Positions 21,608 to 33,398 of a stretch of 64,000 nt of DNA are shown here, piece by piece. A model generated the notes under the pieces. The model was not told the origin of the DNA, made no database searches, and saw nothing but the letters and a program-made list of their open reading frames with translations. The position numbers and the translations under genes are program-made. The stretch spans positions 32,001 to 96,000 of IMG/VR virus record IMGVR_UViG_2907202186_000003; one strand, 5' to 3'. The stretch is from a virus (taxonomy: Duplodnaviria > Caudoviricetes). Within the stretch, counting starts at the first letter, position 1, and every line of letters begins with the position of its first letter.

Positions 21608-22147
21608 TAATCTTCAATTCCCCCTTCTAAATGAAACAACCCTTTTATCCTTACTTTTGTCCATTTAGTAATTGTGCGACTTTATCTGCGCATTCTTTAT
21701 CATAGAACGATGCGACTAACAAATCTTGATTATCATGATCGTAGAAATCTCCGTCTTTCTCATAAAGCTCAATTATTCCATTTCGATCATCCAATTGCTT
21801 TAACTCCTTTCTTAATCAAAAAACTCTTTTAAAGGAACTCTTCCTTAAACTTAAAATTAATTCAATATGTATATTCTCCTGTTTCTTTTTGAGTAAGCAA
21901 CTCTCCGTTAAGTCTTTTGAATTTTTTATCTTTCCGTTCTTTATTGATGCTTATGTTGCTAATATCGCATTTCATTAGGTTGTTCTTAATCAACGTCAGC
22001 ATTGCATCAATCAGTGCTTCTTTTTCTGCTTTGGTGTAATCAAGTTTCTCCAGTATTCAACCCTCCTTATTAATAATGGTGGTAAATAACTCCATTGAAG
22101 TCATTATACCACCAACATATTTATATGTATATATTTATTTTATAAAA

Positions 22148-22816
22148 CTACTCATTTAGTTTCCAATCGTATTTTTCACCACGCTCTGTTAATTGAATGA
22201 ATTCGATTGGTGCACCAGCGTCATCTACATAAATAAGCTTACCATTGGCTTCTGTCGTTCTAAGTAAATCTTTATACTCAGACCACTTAACTTCCTCTGT
22301 CGTTTTAATACAATCTGGATTGTTTTCTTTAACATATTGGACAAATAATTCATCGTCTTTGGCCTTTGCCGGTTCTTTGCCATTGATCAAAATTACTGGG
22401 GATTGCACTTTACTGGTCAAGTTTCTATACGGTAATTTAATTGTCTTGCTTAATTTCTTTTCTTTCTTATTTTTTGCCTTCAGCTCTTCGTTCTCTGACT
22501 TCTCTTGTTCAAGTGTTTTCTTGTGCCATAAGTGCAAATGTTCTTTGAAGAATGTAATATCATCTTTATCTTTTTTAGTTGCTTCCTGCTTCCATTGTTC
22601 CAACTTCTCAATCTTAGCCTTTAATACCTCAATGTTACTATTCGCTACTTTCTCAACCTCTGCAGCTTTAACTTCTTTTTCGTGGATCTTCTCATCTGCC
22701 CAGACAGCCAACTCAAGAGTGGTAATTTTCCAGGTTGGATCTTGATGTAACTGATATGTATCGTCTTGCTCATCAATAATGTTCTCAATTTCATTTTGAA
22801 AATTATAAGCGTTCAT
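22148..22816 (-). CDS. Mu Gam-like host-nuclease inhibitor
   Basis: WKITTLELAVWADEK, coiled coil, KTIKLPY, EEVKWSEYK. Confidence 0.7.
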   Translation of the reverse strand: MNAYNFQNEIENIIDEQDDTYQLHQDPTWKITTLELAVWADEKIHEKEVKAAEVEKVANSNIEVLKAKIEKLEQWKQEATKKDKDDITFFKEHLHLWHKKTLEQEKSENEELKAKNKKEKKLSKTIKLPYRNLTSKVQSPVILINGKEPAKAKDDELFVQYVKENNPDCIKTTEEVKWSEYKDLLRTTEANGKLIYVDDAGAPIEFIQLTERGEKYDWKLNE

Positions 22817-22852
22817 TTATTCAATCTCCTCTAATATGTATTTGGATAAAAG

Positions 22853-23470
22853 TTATGTTTCACTAAGATTACTTTGGAACCCACTTTTCAGTACGACTTC
22901 ATCAAAATTATTAATGATTTGATAGCGAGATACTTGGAACCTTTCTGCCCACTGTTGTATTGTTTGTGTTTTATCGTTAAGTGTGATATATGTACATGTA
23001 GTTCTGTTGTTGCCTTGTGTTTTCATATCGACCCATCTGCAATTGCTAGGCTTATAGTCACCATTAACATCAATTCTATCAATAGTGAGACCATCACTAT
23101 AGCCATTTTCAGTTGCCCAATTATAAAAAATCATAAAATCCTCAAGCCAGGTTGAGCATATCTTAACTCCTTTCCCGCCGTAATATTTATAATTTTTATT
23201 TTTACTATTAAGACACTTTGACTTTATATCACACCATACGCTATAAAGCTTATTATCAGATAATCCATGTGTAATATTCACAATTTTTTTATAGCATCCA
23301 CACGATACGGTGTTCTCTTTTAACAATGCATTCGATGAGACAAGTTTTTCGTTCCCGCAATCACATTTACATAACCACATTATATTTCTGGAACTATCTC
23401 TTTCTTCAGTTGGTCGAATTGCAACCAACTTATAGAATCTTATATTTGCTAAATCTTTTTTGGAACCCAT
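22853..23470 (-). CDS. HNH-type homing endonuclease-like protein
   Basis: WLCKCDCG, SCGC, YYGGKGVKIC, LTIDRIDVNGDYKPSNCRW. Confidence 0.8.
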   Translation of the reverse strand: MGSKKDLANIRFYKLVAIRPTEERDSSRNIMWLCKCDCGNEKLVSSNALLKENTVSCGCYKKIVNITHGLSDNKLYSVWCDIKSKCLNSKNKNYKYYGGKGVKICSTWLEDFMIFYNWATENGYSDGLTIDRIDVNGDYKPSNCRWVDMKTQGNNRTTCTYITLNDKTQTIQQWAERFQVSRYQIINNFDEVVLKSGFQSNLSET

Positions 23471-23712
23471 TTTTTCACCACTACATCCTTTAACTCAACC
23501 TCTACACAGTCAACTTCGGTTTGCCCATCCCATGGTGATTCATCTTGCATTTCAGTAGCTCCTTCAGAATAATGTGTTTGATAGAATTTACCTTCATGCT
23601 CAAATACAATCTTATGATGAATGCTCCATCTTGAAGTATCTGTAATTTCATCGACCATAGCACTGTACGGCAAATCCAATTCATTTTTCAAATAACTCTT
23701 TTTAAACTTCAT
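23449..23712 (-). CDS. Small conserved phage protein
   Basis: SRWS...GKFY...GATEMQDESPW motif-like sequence. Confidence 0.55.
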   Translation of the reverse strand: MKFKKSYLKNELDLPYSAMVDEITDTSRWSIHHKIVFEHEGKFYQTHYSEGATEMQDESPWDGQTEVDCVEVELKDVVVKKWVPKKI

Positions 23713-24604
23713 CTAAAATCACTCCATATCCTTTACAGTGTTCGCATTCAACTAATGGTTTATTGATTACAATCATTAATTCATCCAAGAATTTTTGGAT
23801 AATATCTTTTAAATCATCTTCATTCTTTCCTTCAAATGGCTCAATTACCGGATATGTCTGGTATGATTTGGGGGCAGTTTCATAAACCTTAACAGTTCGA
23901 GAACGGCTATATCTTGTTTCGTATTTCGGTTTTCGCTTTCCAACGTCTACTCGATATGATTCTGGAGCATGTTCAATCTTCTTAGAAACAGAAAGACAAA
24001 AATCATAATCACTTGTAACAGATGCATACTTACTATCTATATTAGCTTTTATATATTTTCTTACGATATTAAAGCTCTCTTGTCGGGATAATTTGCAAGG
24101 TTTTGTTGAGAGAAGAATAGGATGAGTTGTAATATGATCTAGGATTGAGTGCTGCAACTGAAAGTCGCTTCTTACGATTTCAAAATCTTCTAACTCAGCA
24201 ATTACATTTAGTTCAAATTCAACATTTTCCAATCCTGGTTCAGTCAAATCGAATTTCCGTTCATATAACCCATATACAGACTCATATTGACCAGTATCCT
24301 CATCAAAATCAGAATACTGTAGTACCTTTGGCAAACCCGTATTGTAGTGTACTTCCTTAAGTTCGTACCGTACATTGATTTGTTCTGCTGGAAGACTTCT
24401 TTGAATCGTTGTTGGCACACAAGGAACCTCAAACCAGTCACTCTTATATGTATTTTCAGGTTTTGATCCATCAAAAATTAGATCTTTAATTCTAGAATAA
24501 AAATATGAATCATTATTGATATTATCAGAAACATAGACTTTAGATTTAGTTTTTATGGCAATCAATTTTAGACTTTCGCTTGCCGGTGCTTTTCCTCTAT
24601 TCAA
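23702..24604 (-). CDS. Conserved phage hypothetical protein with C-terminal CxxCxGxG
   Basis: 300-aa ORF; TSDYDFC; CEHCKGYG. Confidence 0.6.
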   Translation of the reverse strand: MNRGKAPASESLKLIAIKTKSKVYVSDNINNDSYFYSRIKDLIFDGSKPENTYKSDWFEVPCVPTTIQRSLPAEQINVRYELKEVHYNTGLPKVLQYSDFDEDTGQYESVYGLYERKFDLTEPGLENVEFELNVIAELEDFEIVRSDFQLQHSILDHITTHPILLSTKPCKLSRQESFNIVRKYIKANIDSKYASVTSDYDFCLSVSKKIEHAPESYRVDVGKRKPKYETRYSRSRTVKVYETAPKSYQTYPVIEPFEGKNEDDLKDIIQKFLDELMIVINKPLVECEHCKGYGVILDEV

Positions 24605-25926
24605 ATTAACATCTCTCTTTCTTAATAAAATTTACATCTCATGCAGATTTAGACCCACTCGACTTTACGTTCAATTCTAGTTTTCTTAACTATTTGCTTT
24701 TGGTGCCATTGTCCACACCAATTACATTTTCTTGTGTTATTCACGTATGTATATCTACTGTCTGTCCCTAGCATCCAACCATTATGTTCGGGGTCGAAAA
24801 TGCAACGACCAATCTTCTCATATGTATCAAAAAACCAATCTGTAACGTCTAGTAAGTCTTCTTCTTTCCAAGGACATAAAGAGATAAATTCACAATTTCC
24901 TTTTTGAAGAACAGTATTCATAAAGTATCCCGTGAATTTATCTCCGTAAGGGCTGATGATTAATTGCATAAGGTTTGAAACATCTTTGGTAAAAGGAAGG
25001 TGTTCTCCGTCCCATCTGCTATGATGATTCCAATATATTCTCAATTGGTTATTAATATATTTATCCTTAGCAATTTTGTTTAAAAACCTATAAAGGTTCC
25101 AACTATATTTATCAGATTCGCCTTTGAGCTTAGGTTTAATTTTACTTAGATTCACTCTTCTCCTCCTCATTTCTTAATGAAAGTCCTCTTTCATCACCAT
25201 ATCCTTTGGCTTGCCTCATCAAGTAAGTGTTTAATCTCTTCAAGAGTGTTGTCGGCATTCGACTCCCACTCAGCAACTTCTTCTGCTGTTGCTTGTACTC
25301 CTAGATTTTGAAATAATCCACCTAGAAGTCGGATCTGATTAGATGCTTCAGCAAACCTTTCGAGGAATTCCTTGTCTGTATTAATGTTATATTTAATCAT
25401 TTCCAACACTCCCCTTTCTAATTAAAATTTCTATTTCATTCGCTCTTGATAAACTCTTGTAAAGCTTCAACTATCTTTCTTGCTTCTTCTTTATTTACAT
25501 GTAACGCCTCTCGTCTAATAGGTTCATTGGCATGCTCATCAAATTGAATCCACACGCAATGCTCTGTAGCAAAACTACTTTCCACTATACAAACATCACC
25601 ATTATATTTACTATGAAATTCCGTGAAAACTGGAAAGCCTCTGCTTGTGTATCTAATTGGCAAATTACTCACTCCCTATGAAATTACAATTTCATCTTCT
25701 CTTCGTCATGCTTCTTCTCTCTGTAAAAATCGGCCACAAATTCCAATTCACCATTACTCTCGTTGAACGTTGGTCTTAGTTTCCGATGCACACCATATCC
25801 ATTCTCTTCACAAATCTTCTTCTGAACGATTTCACCAATTTCCTTAAGCGTAAATTTGATTACAATATTTTCGTACAATCTATAACCACCTCACTTTCGA
25901 ATAAAATCACGAATTTATCAAAAATC

Positions 25927-26484
25927 TTATTCCTCTTCCTCATACCACCTTCTGCCGTATTTGGCATAATCGATGCTCATTAGTTTCGTGTGTTCTCTAT
26001 GCCACCTATCCCTTTCTTCCTCAGTCTTCTTCAGTCTTCTTTTAATTCCATTTAGATATTCAGGATCTGCGCTTTTATAAAGTTTGTCTGCTTCTCTAGA
26101 TAATGACCGAATAAGAGAATCTTTAAGTGTTTTCTCTTCAACACCTAACCCTTGTCTCTTTGCCTTCTTTGCTGAATAATTGCCATCCAGAATAACTCCG
26201 ATGTGAGAGGGGATATCATCTTTTACTTGTTCGTATAACTCCTTTGGCATCACAAAGTAATTAAAATGTCCTACAAAAGTCTTTTTAGCCGAGCTGTAGA
26301 AATCCGATTTGGACACTTTAATTTCGTAGCAGCGCCAAGTCCCTTTTGTGTCATAAGTAATATAGTCAACTCTTTCTGCTCCAAACCAGCCTATTGTTAC
26401 TTCAAAACAACCAAATGTTCCCTGCTTATTAGTGTATTCATATAAAGCCTTCTCAATCTTTTGAGTTAACTCAGTCTTTGCTAT
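25927..26484 (-). CDS. PD-(D/E)xK nuclease (MmcB-like); probable ATA start
   Basis: Frame extends upstream through CFEVTIG...RVDYI...YEIKVSKSDF to an ATA after GGAGGG. Confidence 0.7.
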   Translation of the reverse strand: MAKTELTQKIEKALYEYTNKQGTFGCFEVTIGWFGAERVDYITYDTKGTWRCYEIKVSKSDFYSSAKKTFVGHFNYFVMPKELYEQVKDDIPSHIGVILDGNYSAKKAKRQGLGVEEKTLKDSLIRSLSREADKLYKSADPEYLNGIKRRLKKTEEERDRWHREHTKLMSIDYAKYGRRWYEEEE

Positions 26485-28167
26485 TCCGCTCCCTCCTTTC
26501 TCTAAGAAATTCTCATTTTATTGATACATATGTATTTTTATTTTCTATGTAGGTTTTTCTTAGCTCGTTCGCTTGCTGCTTGACGTTGCTCTTCAGTCAT
26601 CTCGCGTTCCTTACCAGAGCGGAAAGACACCTGGTTAAACTTTAGGTCTTTATAATAATGACCTCCCTCAGCTCCCACTTTGTATGGCTCTGCTCCTACT
26701 TTGCGCAATTTTGTAATGATTGTAGGCTGCATTGTGTACACTGTCCAAGTCTTACAATCGTCATCTGATCTAATAAGTGTTTCTCTTTCCTCAGCTAATG
26801 CCATACAAATCCTCCCTAAATCTTAATTTCATCACCTAATTGGTATCTAAGTCAATTCGCAATCGATTATTTACGTGACCACAAATTTTACAAACCTTTT
26901 CATGAGTAAACCAGTCAACTTGTTTGACTTCCACTAGTTCATACTCATGCTTTTCTTAGTCATAAACTACCTTCACACCTCTTTTAACAGAGACAATATT
27001 ACCTTAAGGTCATTTACCTTTTCTTTATAAATGTCAATGCGATTTTGGATTAACGACAGCTTATATTCCAAACTATCTCGCTCATTCACTAATTGTGGTA
27101 GGAAATTGTCATAATGTTCTAGTTGTTGTTGAATATAACTTTTTGCTGCATCAATGCTCATCTTCTTCTCCTTTAAGATGAAAGTTTCATTTTACTTAAA
27201 TTCATTCTGGATTGCTTTAAAGAATTCTTCACTAATTTCAATACGGCTGGCCACATTCCAATCATCAAGTTGCATGTAATACTTCCCTTCAGATTCTAAA
27301 GCAATTACTTCGCCATAATAATTAGATAGTCCAAGCAAAATAGGAGATGTTTCCATTTTAATCATCCTCATTTCTTGATACTGGATTTTAATTTAAATAA
27401 TTGGTGACCTCGAACACACATCTTCCCATTCGCTTTTGCATTCCTCGTCGCTTAACAGGAGCAACTCTTGGTGATTGTAACCTATGAGGAGCAACAACTC
27501 TCTATAAATATCCAAGATAATCAACCCTCCTCAAACAAACACCATTCCAACTTTATTCAACCTTACATACTTGCCCTTTTTAATGATTGTCTCGTTTGTA
27601 TCTATGGGAAATACTTGATTAACGAAATATGTATCAGAAGAAAACAAATCATCTGTGGAATTTAAATATCTAACTCCTTCGCCATCCTTGATAACTATTG
27701 AGAATTGCTGTAAATCTTCTAATGCTATTAAATCGCCTCTTTGCGGATAGGGTGATAGTATCTGCATTTATTTACCTCCTCTAACCTTCTCTAGAGCAAC
27801 TACAACTACTCATTTGCCCATCATCAAGTTCCGCTGCATTAACAAACGCTAAAACCGATTTTGCTAACTGCTCTGCATCATTCCTTGTAAAATGTTCTCT
27901 AATAAAAATCTCCACTATTTCTTCGTAATCATTAGATTTCATAAACCACCTCTTCAAACGAAATGCTGATTTAGTTAAAAGTTAAACTTAATATTCATCT
28001 CTGTCTGTTCTTTCTAAAAGATACGCCTTTAATTCTTCTAGTGAAATTTTCCTAGAATGATCTCTTGAATACCATTCCCCATTATCATAGAAAACTACTT
28101 CTTTGCCGTAATCCCTATCCAACACTTCCTTGATCATGCGGACATATGCCATCAACTCGTTCAAACA

Positions 28168-28701
28168 TCATTCTCCTTTCATCAAGTCAAAATCAAACTG
28201 ACTCAATATATTTAACAATCGTTCAACTTTTGGTGCTCTCCAGGCCGTCATTGCATATGTATGTGCCTTACTTGTATAGTGATAGTGATTAAATCTTAAG
28301 TGTGTTTTTGCTTCTTCTTTTGTTAGAAACATAGTGTTAGGGACAATAAATTCTTCTTCTTTAACAAAGACTGAACCAAAGTATCCATTATCGTTCATGT
28401 TGTCTATGATGTATTGCCAAAGGAAATCAAAGTCGTCTTCACTCAAATACCATCTTACTTCATCATCAATTTCTTCTTCGTAATATTCTTCAATAAACTC
28501 TTTCAGATCATTAAAACTCTTAAATACCACATGATCTCCATCGTTATGGAAATATTCATACTCTCCACAATCGTAATCTTCGTGTCCAGGGATTTTTCTA
28601 TAATCCATAATCACCCAGAAGCGCGGTGCAGCCTGAAAATCATGTTCTTGGGTGTTTAGTTCCTGCTGCAGTTCCTTCAAAAATTGAATATCTTCGTTCA
28701 T
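28168..28701 (-). CDS. Conserved acidic phage protein
   Basis: QAAPRFWVI...MFLTKEEAK...HTYAMTAWRAP. Confidence 0.6.
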   Translation of the reverse strand: MNEDIQFLKELQQELNTQEHDFQAAPRFWVIMDYRKIPGHEDYDCGEYEYFHNDGDHVVFKSFNDLKEFIEEYYEEEIDDEVRWYLSEDDFDFLWQYIIDNMNDNGYFGSVFVKEEEFIVPNTMFLTKEEAKTHLRFNHYHYTSKAHTYAMTAWRAPKVERLLNILSQFDFDLMKGE

Positions 28702-30105
28702 TTACACGCTCCTTTTCTTAATGAAGTATCAATTTTAATCACTATTTCAGTCAAAAGTTTCGATTACGGATTCTTCTAACTTTATTTCTCTTATGAATTT
28801 CAATAATTCTTCCTTTTTCATCTGGGAGCATACGAGCTTCGACCTTCATAATATAATCAGTTGTGATTGATCTTGGAATGTGATGGTTGCGATAAGAGCA
28901 ATCTGATTTTTTATCTATCTCTATCGGAAAATCTTTTAACCTCTTGATTCTTATATCAAAAGTGCCCTCTGTATTTGTATCTTTATAGCCTCTCATTATT
29001 AAAGCGTATGTATCATCTTTATTTTTCTTAATTGTTATTTCATCGAACAAAACTTTTATCCTCCCACGGAGCAAAGTTGTCCTCTGATGTATCTTCTTTT
29101 ACATAGCCGCCCAATTCTTTATATCTCTTTTCCAATTTATTCATTAGCTCTGATTCTTCATCAGATAGTCCAAATGATACCTGTTCTCTATCCAGTAAAA
29201 GAAGAATAAGCTTCAACTCATTTACATCTAAATCCAAAATAACATCTCCTCTTAAAATCCTAGTTTCATCAAAACTTAACCTGTAGCCTATCCTGAACAG
29301 ACAAGTCTAAATATTCATATTTCAACATCTTTCTTCCGATTAATTCAAACACCATAGCTTTATATGTAGGAGCATTGTTCAAAAAATTTTCTCCCTTGTG
29401 CCCCTCTCTTCTTTCACACAAGTGAATACAGTTTAAAAGATGCAAATCACGCATATCGGAAATGACAAGCCTTTTCCCTTCAGCAGTTACCCATACCAAT
29501 TCATTGACCTTGGACTTGTTATAGCGAAAATCCATTCGTTCTAATTCTTTATTTAAATAATACTCAGCCATTTCAGCCAAAACTTATCTATAACTCCTTT
29601 CTCGATGAAATACAGGTTTTACTTAGTTTTTATTTTACTCTGATATAGTTCCACAAGTTCTACATCACTTAGCAACCTCAAATCGTTCAAGCGAAGTTTG
29701 TGATTAATTACTAGTTTGCTTATTATCAAGTGCCTATCTGTGTTATTAAGAAATAACAATTCTGGAAACATAAATATCAACTTCCCGCTAATTTGTCTAT
29801 AAACTCCTGAACCTTTAAACCAAATTCCTTCCTTGCCTCTAGTGCTGCCTGTATCACATGGTTCACGTCTCGATTATTCTCCAATACATCACTAACTAAG
29901 TCTTCAATGGATGTCTCGGATATGTATTTGATGGTTTTCAAACGCTTCATTAAAATTTCTCCATCTCATTTTCAACGACTTCTTTGATATCCTCTAACTT
30001 ATCCCTCAGTTCCTGCAACTCACTATAGCTGCAGTCTCCATCTTCAAGGTATCTGAACAACTCAGCGAACCGCTCAAAGTTTACTGACATCAATTTACTC
30101 ACTCC

Positions 30106-30630
30106 TTAATTGGAATTTTCAACTTTCATAATGTACTCGATAATGTTTACTGCTTTATCGAACTCATAGTTAATGACTTGGTAATCAAATCTCTTCTTCC
30201 GGAATTTAAGGCCATCTCCATTAATCCGCGAAAGCATCTGATCGACATCATCTCCACGTACGAACATTCTCTTCATTCGGGCTTTCTTATCTACCTTGAG
30301 ATAAATAGTTACGAACTCAATATCTTTAACATTTTCCTTGAGATATGTAATTCCGTCAGGATCAATTACATATATATCTGTCTCATTTAACTGCTTCTTC
30401 GTACTAAAATAATGATTTCCATCAAAATATGTATAAGCTGCTATATCATCATTCTCTTTAAATTTCTCGTACTCTTCATAACTGCAAAAAGTGTGACCCC
30501 ATTCATTTTCACTTCGAGGACTTCTTGTTGTATAGGATTGCAGCACATTGTATCCTTTTTGCTCAAGTGCTTTGGCTACCTCTGTCTTACCGGCTCCAGA
30601 GTAAGCCATTAAACAATAGACTTTCTTCAT
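30106..30630 (-). CDS. Guanylate-kinase-like nucleoside monophosphate kinase
   Basis: SGAGKT P-loop, SYTTRSPR, IDPDG. Confidence 0.85.
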   Translation of the reverse strand: MKKVYCLMAYSGAGKTEVAKALEQKGYNVLQSYTTRSPRSENEWGHTFCSYEEYEKFKENDDIAAYTYFDGNHYFSTKKQLNETDIYVIDPDGITYLKENVKDIEFVTIYLKVDKKARMKRMFVRGDDVDQMLSRINGDGLKFRKKRFDYQVINYEFDKAVNIIEYIMKVENSN

Positions 30631-31160
30631 TTCTTCACACCCATTTTAATTATTTTAACTTTCAATTTTTGTTTTCCAAATTGAATTGCCCTTTTATGAC
30701 TATCGAAATACAAATCAAGCCGCGCGCCCTTAATTGCTCCCCCAGTATCAGTAACTACACGCTCTCCAACATTCTCTATGTAAATAACCGTTCCCAACGG
30801 TAAAACTCTCGGATCGGCGCTTACTGTGCGTCCTTCAATGGTCTTTTCTCCGCTTTTGGTAATGCCGTAATCCTTATCACCTGGACGTTTTTGCGTGGAC
30901 TTGTATCCGTTATCATAAGCGGTAACAATGTAAGTTTTCCATTCCGTTTCAGATTTGCTGGAATTATTTACGTTCTTCTGTACCTCTTCTTCCTTCTGTT
31001 CTTGCTTAACCACTATTTCTGACTTCTCCAACGTCTCAACTTGAACACTTTGCTTATGTATAGTGTTTGCTGCCTCCTGTGCCTTCATAACACTCTCTAA
31101 TTCAGTCTTATTTGCTGATAGTGTTAGTAGCAAGAAGAGAATAAAACTTCCCATAATCAC
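30627..31160 (-). CDS. 3D-domain lytic transglycosylase-like protein
   Basis: N-terminal hydrophobic segment; VTAY, ADPRVLPLGT, DTGGAIKG, LDLY. Confidence 0.88.
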   Translation of the reverse strand: MIMGSFILFLLLTLSANKTELESVMKAQEAANTIHKQSVQVETLEKSEIVVKQEQKEEEVQKNVNNSSKSETEWKTYIVTAYDNGYKSTQKRPGDKDYGITKSGEKTIEGRTVSADPRVLPLGTVIYIENVGERVVTDTGGAIKGARLDLYFDSHKRAIQFGKQKLKVKIIKMGVKK

Positions 31161-31260
31161 GCTCCTGGTTGATTAGATAATTAAATTTAAGCCCCACTCT
31201 TACAAGTGAGGCTATTTACTATACTTCTTGATAAACTCTGTCTTTCATTAAAACTATGTA

Positions 31261-32259
31261 TTATGCTTCGGTTTTCTCTACTGCTTTGAGGATATCATTC
31301 AATTCGCCCAACACTACTGACATAATCTGAACGTGCGATTTAGCAAAATCAGTAACCTTCTTGCCTTTTCCAAGATTTTTCTCAATAATTTCATTAACTT
31401 CTTCTGATTTATTAAGACCATACAAAGTTTGCCCAGCTTTAAGAATACCTTTTTTCAATTCATCGAAATCCAAACTTTCAGATTCAAGTGTCTCTTTTTG
31501 CTCTTCATAAGATACTGCCTTAATCCCCTCTGCTTCCTCTTGCTTTTTAATGGCTTCAATAACAGCATTCTCAAGGTTTTCAGCAGTGAACTCCTGAAGA
31601 TATGGATTAATATAATCAAGCTTGCTACGAGCGAAGAAGTCTTTTGTTTCAGCCATATATCCACTCGACTTAATTACATTGCCTTTTTCATCAATGCCAT
31701 TGGAGCGAAGATATACAACGATCTCACTATTGTCAATAACAGGTGCAATGGCACGTTTATCCCCTTTAGGAACAATCTTTCCACGCTTTTCATCAAATGT
31801 TTCATGGGCAATAAATACGACAGTATATCCCGCATTGAGCAGTTTATCGATTTCTTCCCAGTATTCCATCTCATACTCTTTCCAAAGACCATATCCACCG
31901 CGACCTTCAGCAATAGTTTCAACTTCGAATTTATCACACACATATCTAGAACAATAACGAGCAGATGCTTCAACCTCATCGAAGATGATTGTTTGATACA
32001 TCTCTTTTGCTCTTTCTAAATTTGCTTTACTTGTGAGCTGCTTATTGATTTTTTTGAAATCTGCCCAGTTATTAACTGGCAAGAAATTAACTCCAGCGAT
32101 TGCTTTGATACCTTTTTCAAAACCTAAGTAGAATGGTTTTTTCATCCGTGTTGCTTGTTTTGTTTTTCCTAAGTTATTACTTCCGTAAATAGTAATTGTC
32201 TTTCCTTCAAGTCCATAAGAAACAACCGAAACCTGCGGATTAAAAATGTCAAATATCAT
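31261..32259 (-). CDS. AAA_24/Sak4-like NTP-binding protein (YorG-like)
   Basis: YGSNNLGKT, FEKG, IIFDE, FIAH. Confidence 0.82.
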   Translation of the reverse strand: MIFDIFNPQVSVVSYGLEGKTITIYGSNNLGKTKQATRMKKPFYLGFEKGIKAIAGVNFLPVNNWADFKKINKQLTSKANLERAKEMYQTIIFDEVEASARYCSRYVCDKFEVETIAEGRGGYGLWKEYEMEYWEEIDKLLNAGYTVVFIAHETFDEKRGKIVPKGDKRAIAPVIDNSEIVVYLRSNGIDEKGNVIKSSGYMAETKDFFARSKLDYINPYLQEFTAENLENAVIEAIKKQEEAEGIKAVSYEEQKETLESESLDFDELKKGILKAGQTLYGLNKSEEVNEIIEKNLGKGKKVTDFAKSHVQIMSVVLGELNDILKAVEKTEA

Positions 32260-32341
32260 ATGTAAATATATCTCTCCCTATAATTGTTTTAGTTATGGTG
32301 GCAGATATCATCTACCACCCTTTTTCACTTTAATTTTCTAA

Positions 32342-33283
32342 TTAATTTGCAAATGGGTCGAACGGGTCACCGCTATCTGTAAACGGATCTCCTCCACCGA
32401 AACCGCCATTGCTAGATTGTTGTTGATTTTCTTTGGATTTCTTTTCCGCTTTTTTCTTCTCAATGGCCTCTTCACGCTTCTTAAGAGCCTGTTTAATTAG
32501 AGTCGTATCGAAAGCATTTTTATCATCTTCATCCATTGGTGGAGTGCCACCTGTTACAATATATTCGCGTACAGATTTTCGATCAATTTGCTCCTGTGGT
32601 TCACCGAATCCAACTTCAATTGTTTTTTTAGAAATAATGGTTTGATTGACAATGTCACCAAAGACCTTTACTGTTTGGCCTTTTTCGTATGTATTTTCAA
32701 CATATTGAATGGAGTGTGGTTCTGCTACAATTACCTCAAATGGGAATATCTTCTTAGTGTCATCTTTTCCTTCTTGATAACCTGGAACATATCCTCTTAG
32801 AATCAACCTTCCGGTTTCTTCTCCTCCGCGCTTTTCTTCGGATGTACCAGCAACAACCATTTCAAGAGTGAATTTAGCTTTAGGTTCAAATACATCATTT
32901 TCTTTTACTCGGTTAATAAATGTTGTTGATAGCTGAGGGTACGACTTAAATTCTCCGTCTTGTCCAACATATTCGTTTTTGCCATTCTTACCATGATCAA
33001 TACGAACCTTATCGGCAGCTTCAATGCCGTCTCTGTCAATTGTTTTATATTCATCCCGAACGGTGCAGTAGCTTTTATAAAGTCCACTAATTTCACCCTT
33101 TTGGTTCATCTTATATGAAAACACATTTACCGTATAAACAAACTCTGGAGCTACTTGGATGTCGATTTCTCCACTGATTGCATCTTTTCCATTGATTTCT
33201 TTCTCTTCAATTCGAACATCTTTAACAGTTCCTTCAATAAATGCAACATTGATACCTTCACGAAGTGTTTTTTCAATAGTCAT
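32342..33283 (-). CDS. YorF-like ssDNA-binding protein
   Basis: Two OB-like halves and acidic tail GGDPFTDSGDPFDPF. Confidence 0.7.
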   Translation of the reverse strand: MTIEKTLREGINVAFIEGTVKDVRIEEKEINGKDAISGEIDIQVAPEFVYTVNVFSYKMNQKGEISGLYKSYCTVRDEYKTIDRDGIEAADKVRIDHGKNGKNEYVGQDGEFKSYPQLSTTFINRVKENDVFEPKAKFTLEMVVAGTSEEKRGGEETGRLILRGYVPGYQEGKDDTKKIFPFEVIVAEPHSIQYVENTYEKGQTVKVFGDIVNQTIISKKTIEVGFGEPQEQIDRKSVREYIVTGGTPPMDEDDKNAFDTTLIKQALKKREEAIEKKKAEKKSKENQQQSSNGGFGGGDPFTDSGDPFDPFAN

Positions 33284-33398
33284 TAAATTTATTATCTCCC
33301 TTATTATATGTATTTTTTGTTTTAAACTAGACTTTAATTTAATTATAGTTTACAAGGTGGACTTCGCATTAAATAAGTACCTATGCTCTCACATCCTT

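Noticed and set aside
22245-22745. 166-aa plus-strand ORF, and similar ORFs at 31429-32019, 14209-14553, 54442-54876 and 41674-41961
   Set aside because: Antisense shadows of well-supported genes, with biased Ser/Phe/Leu composition
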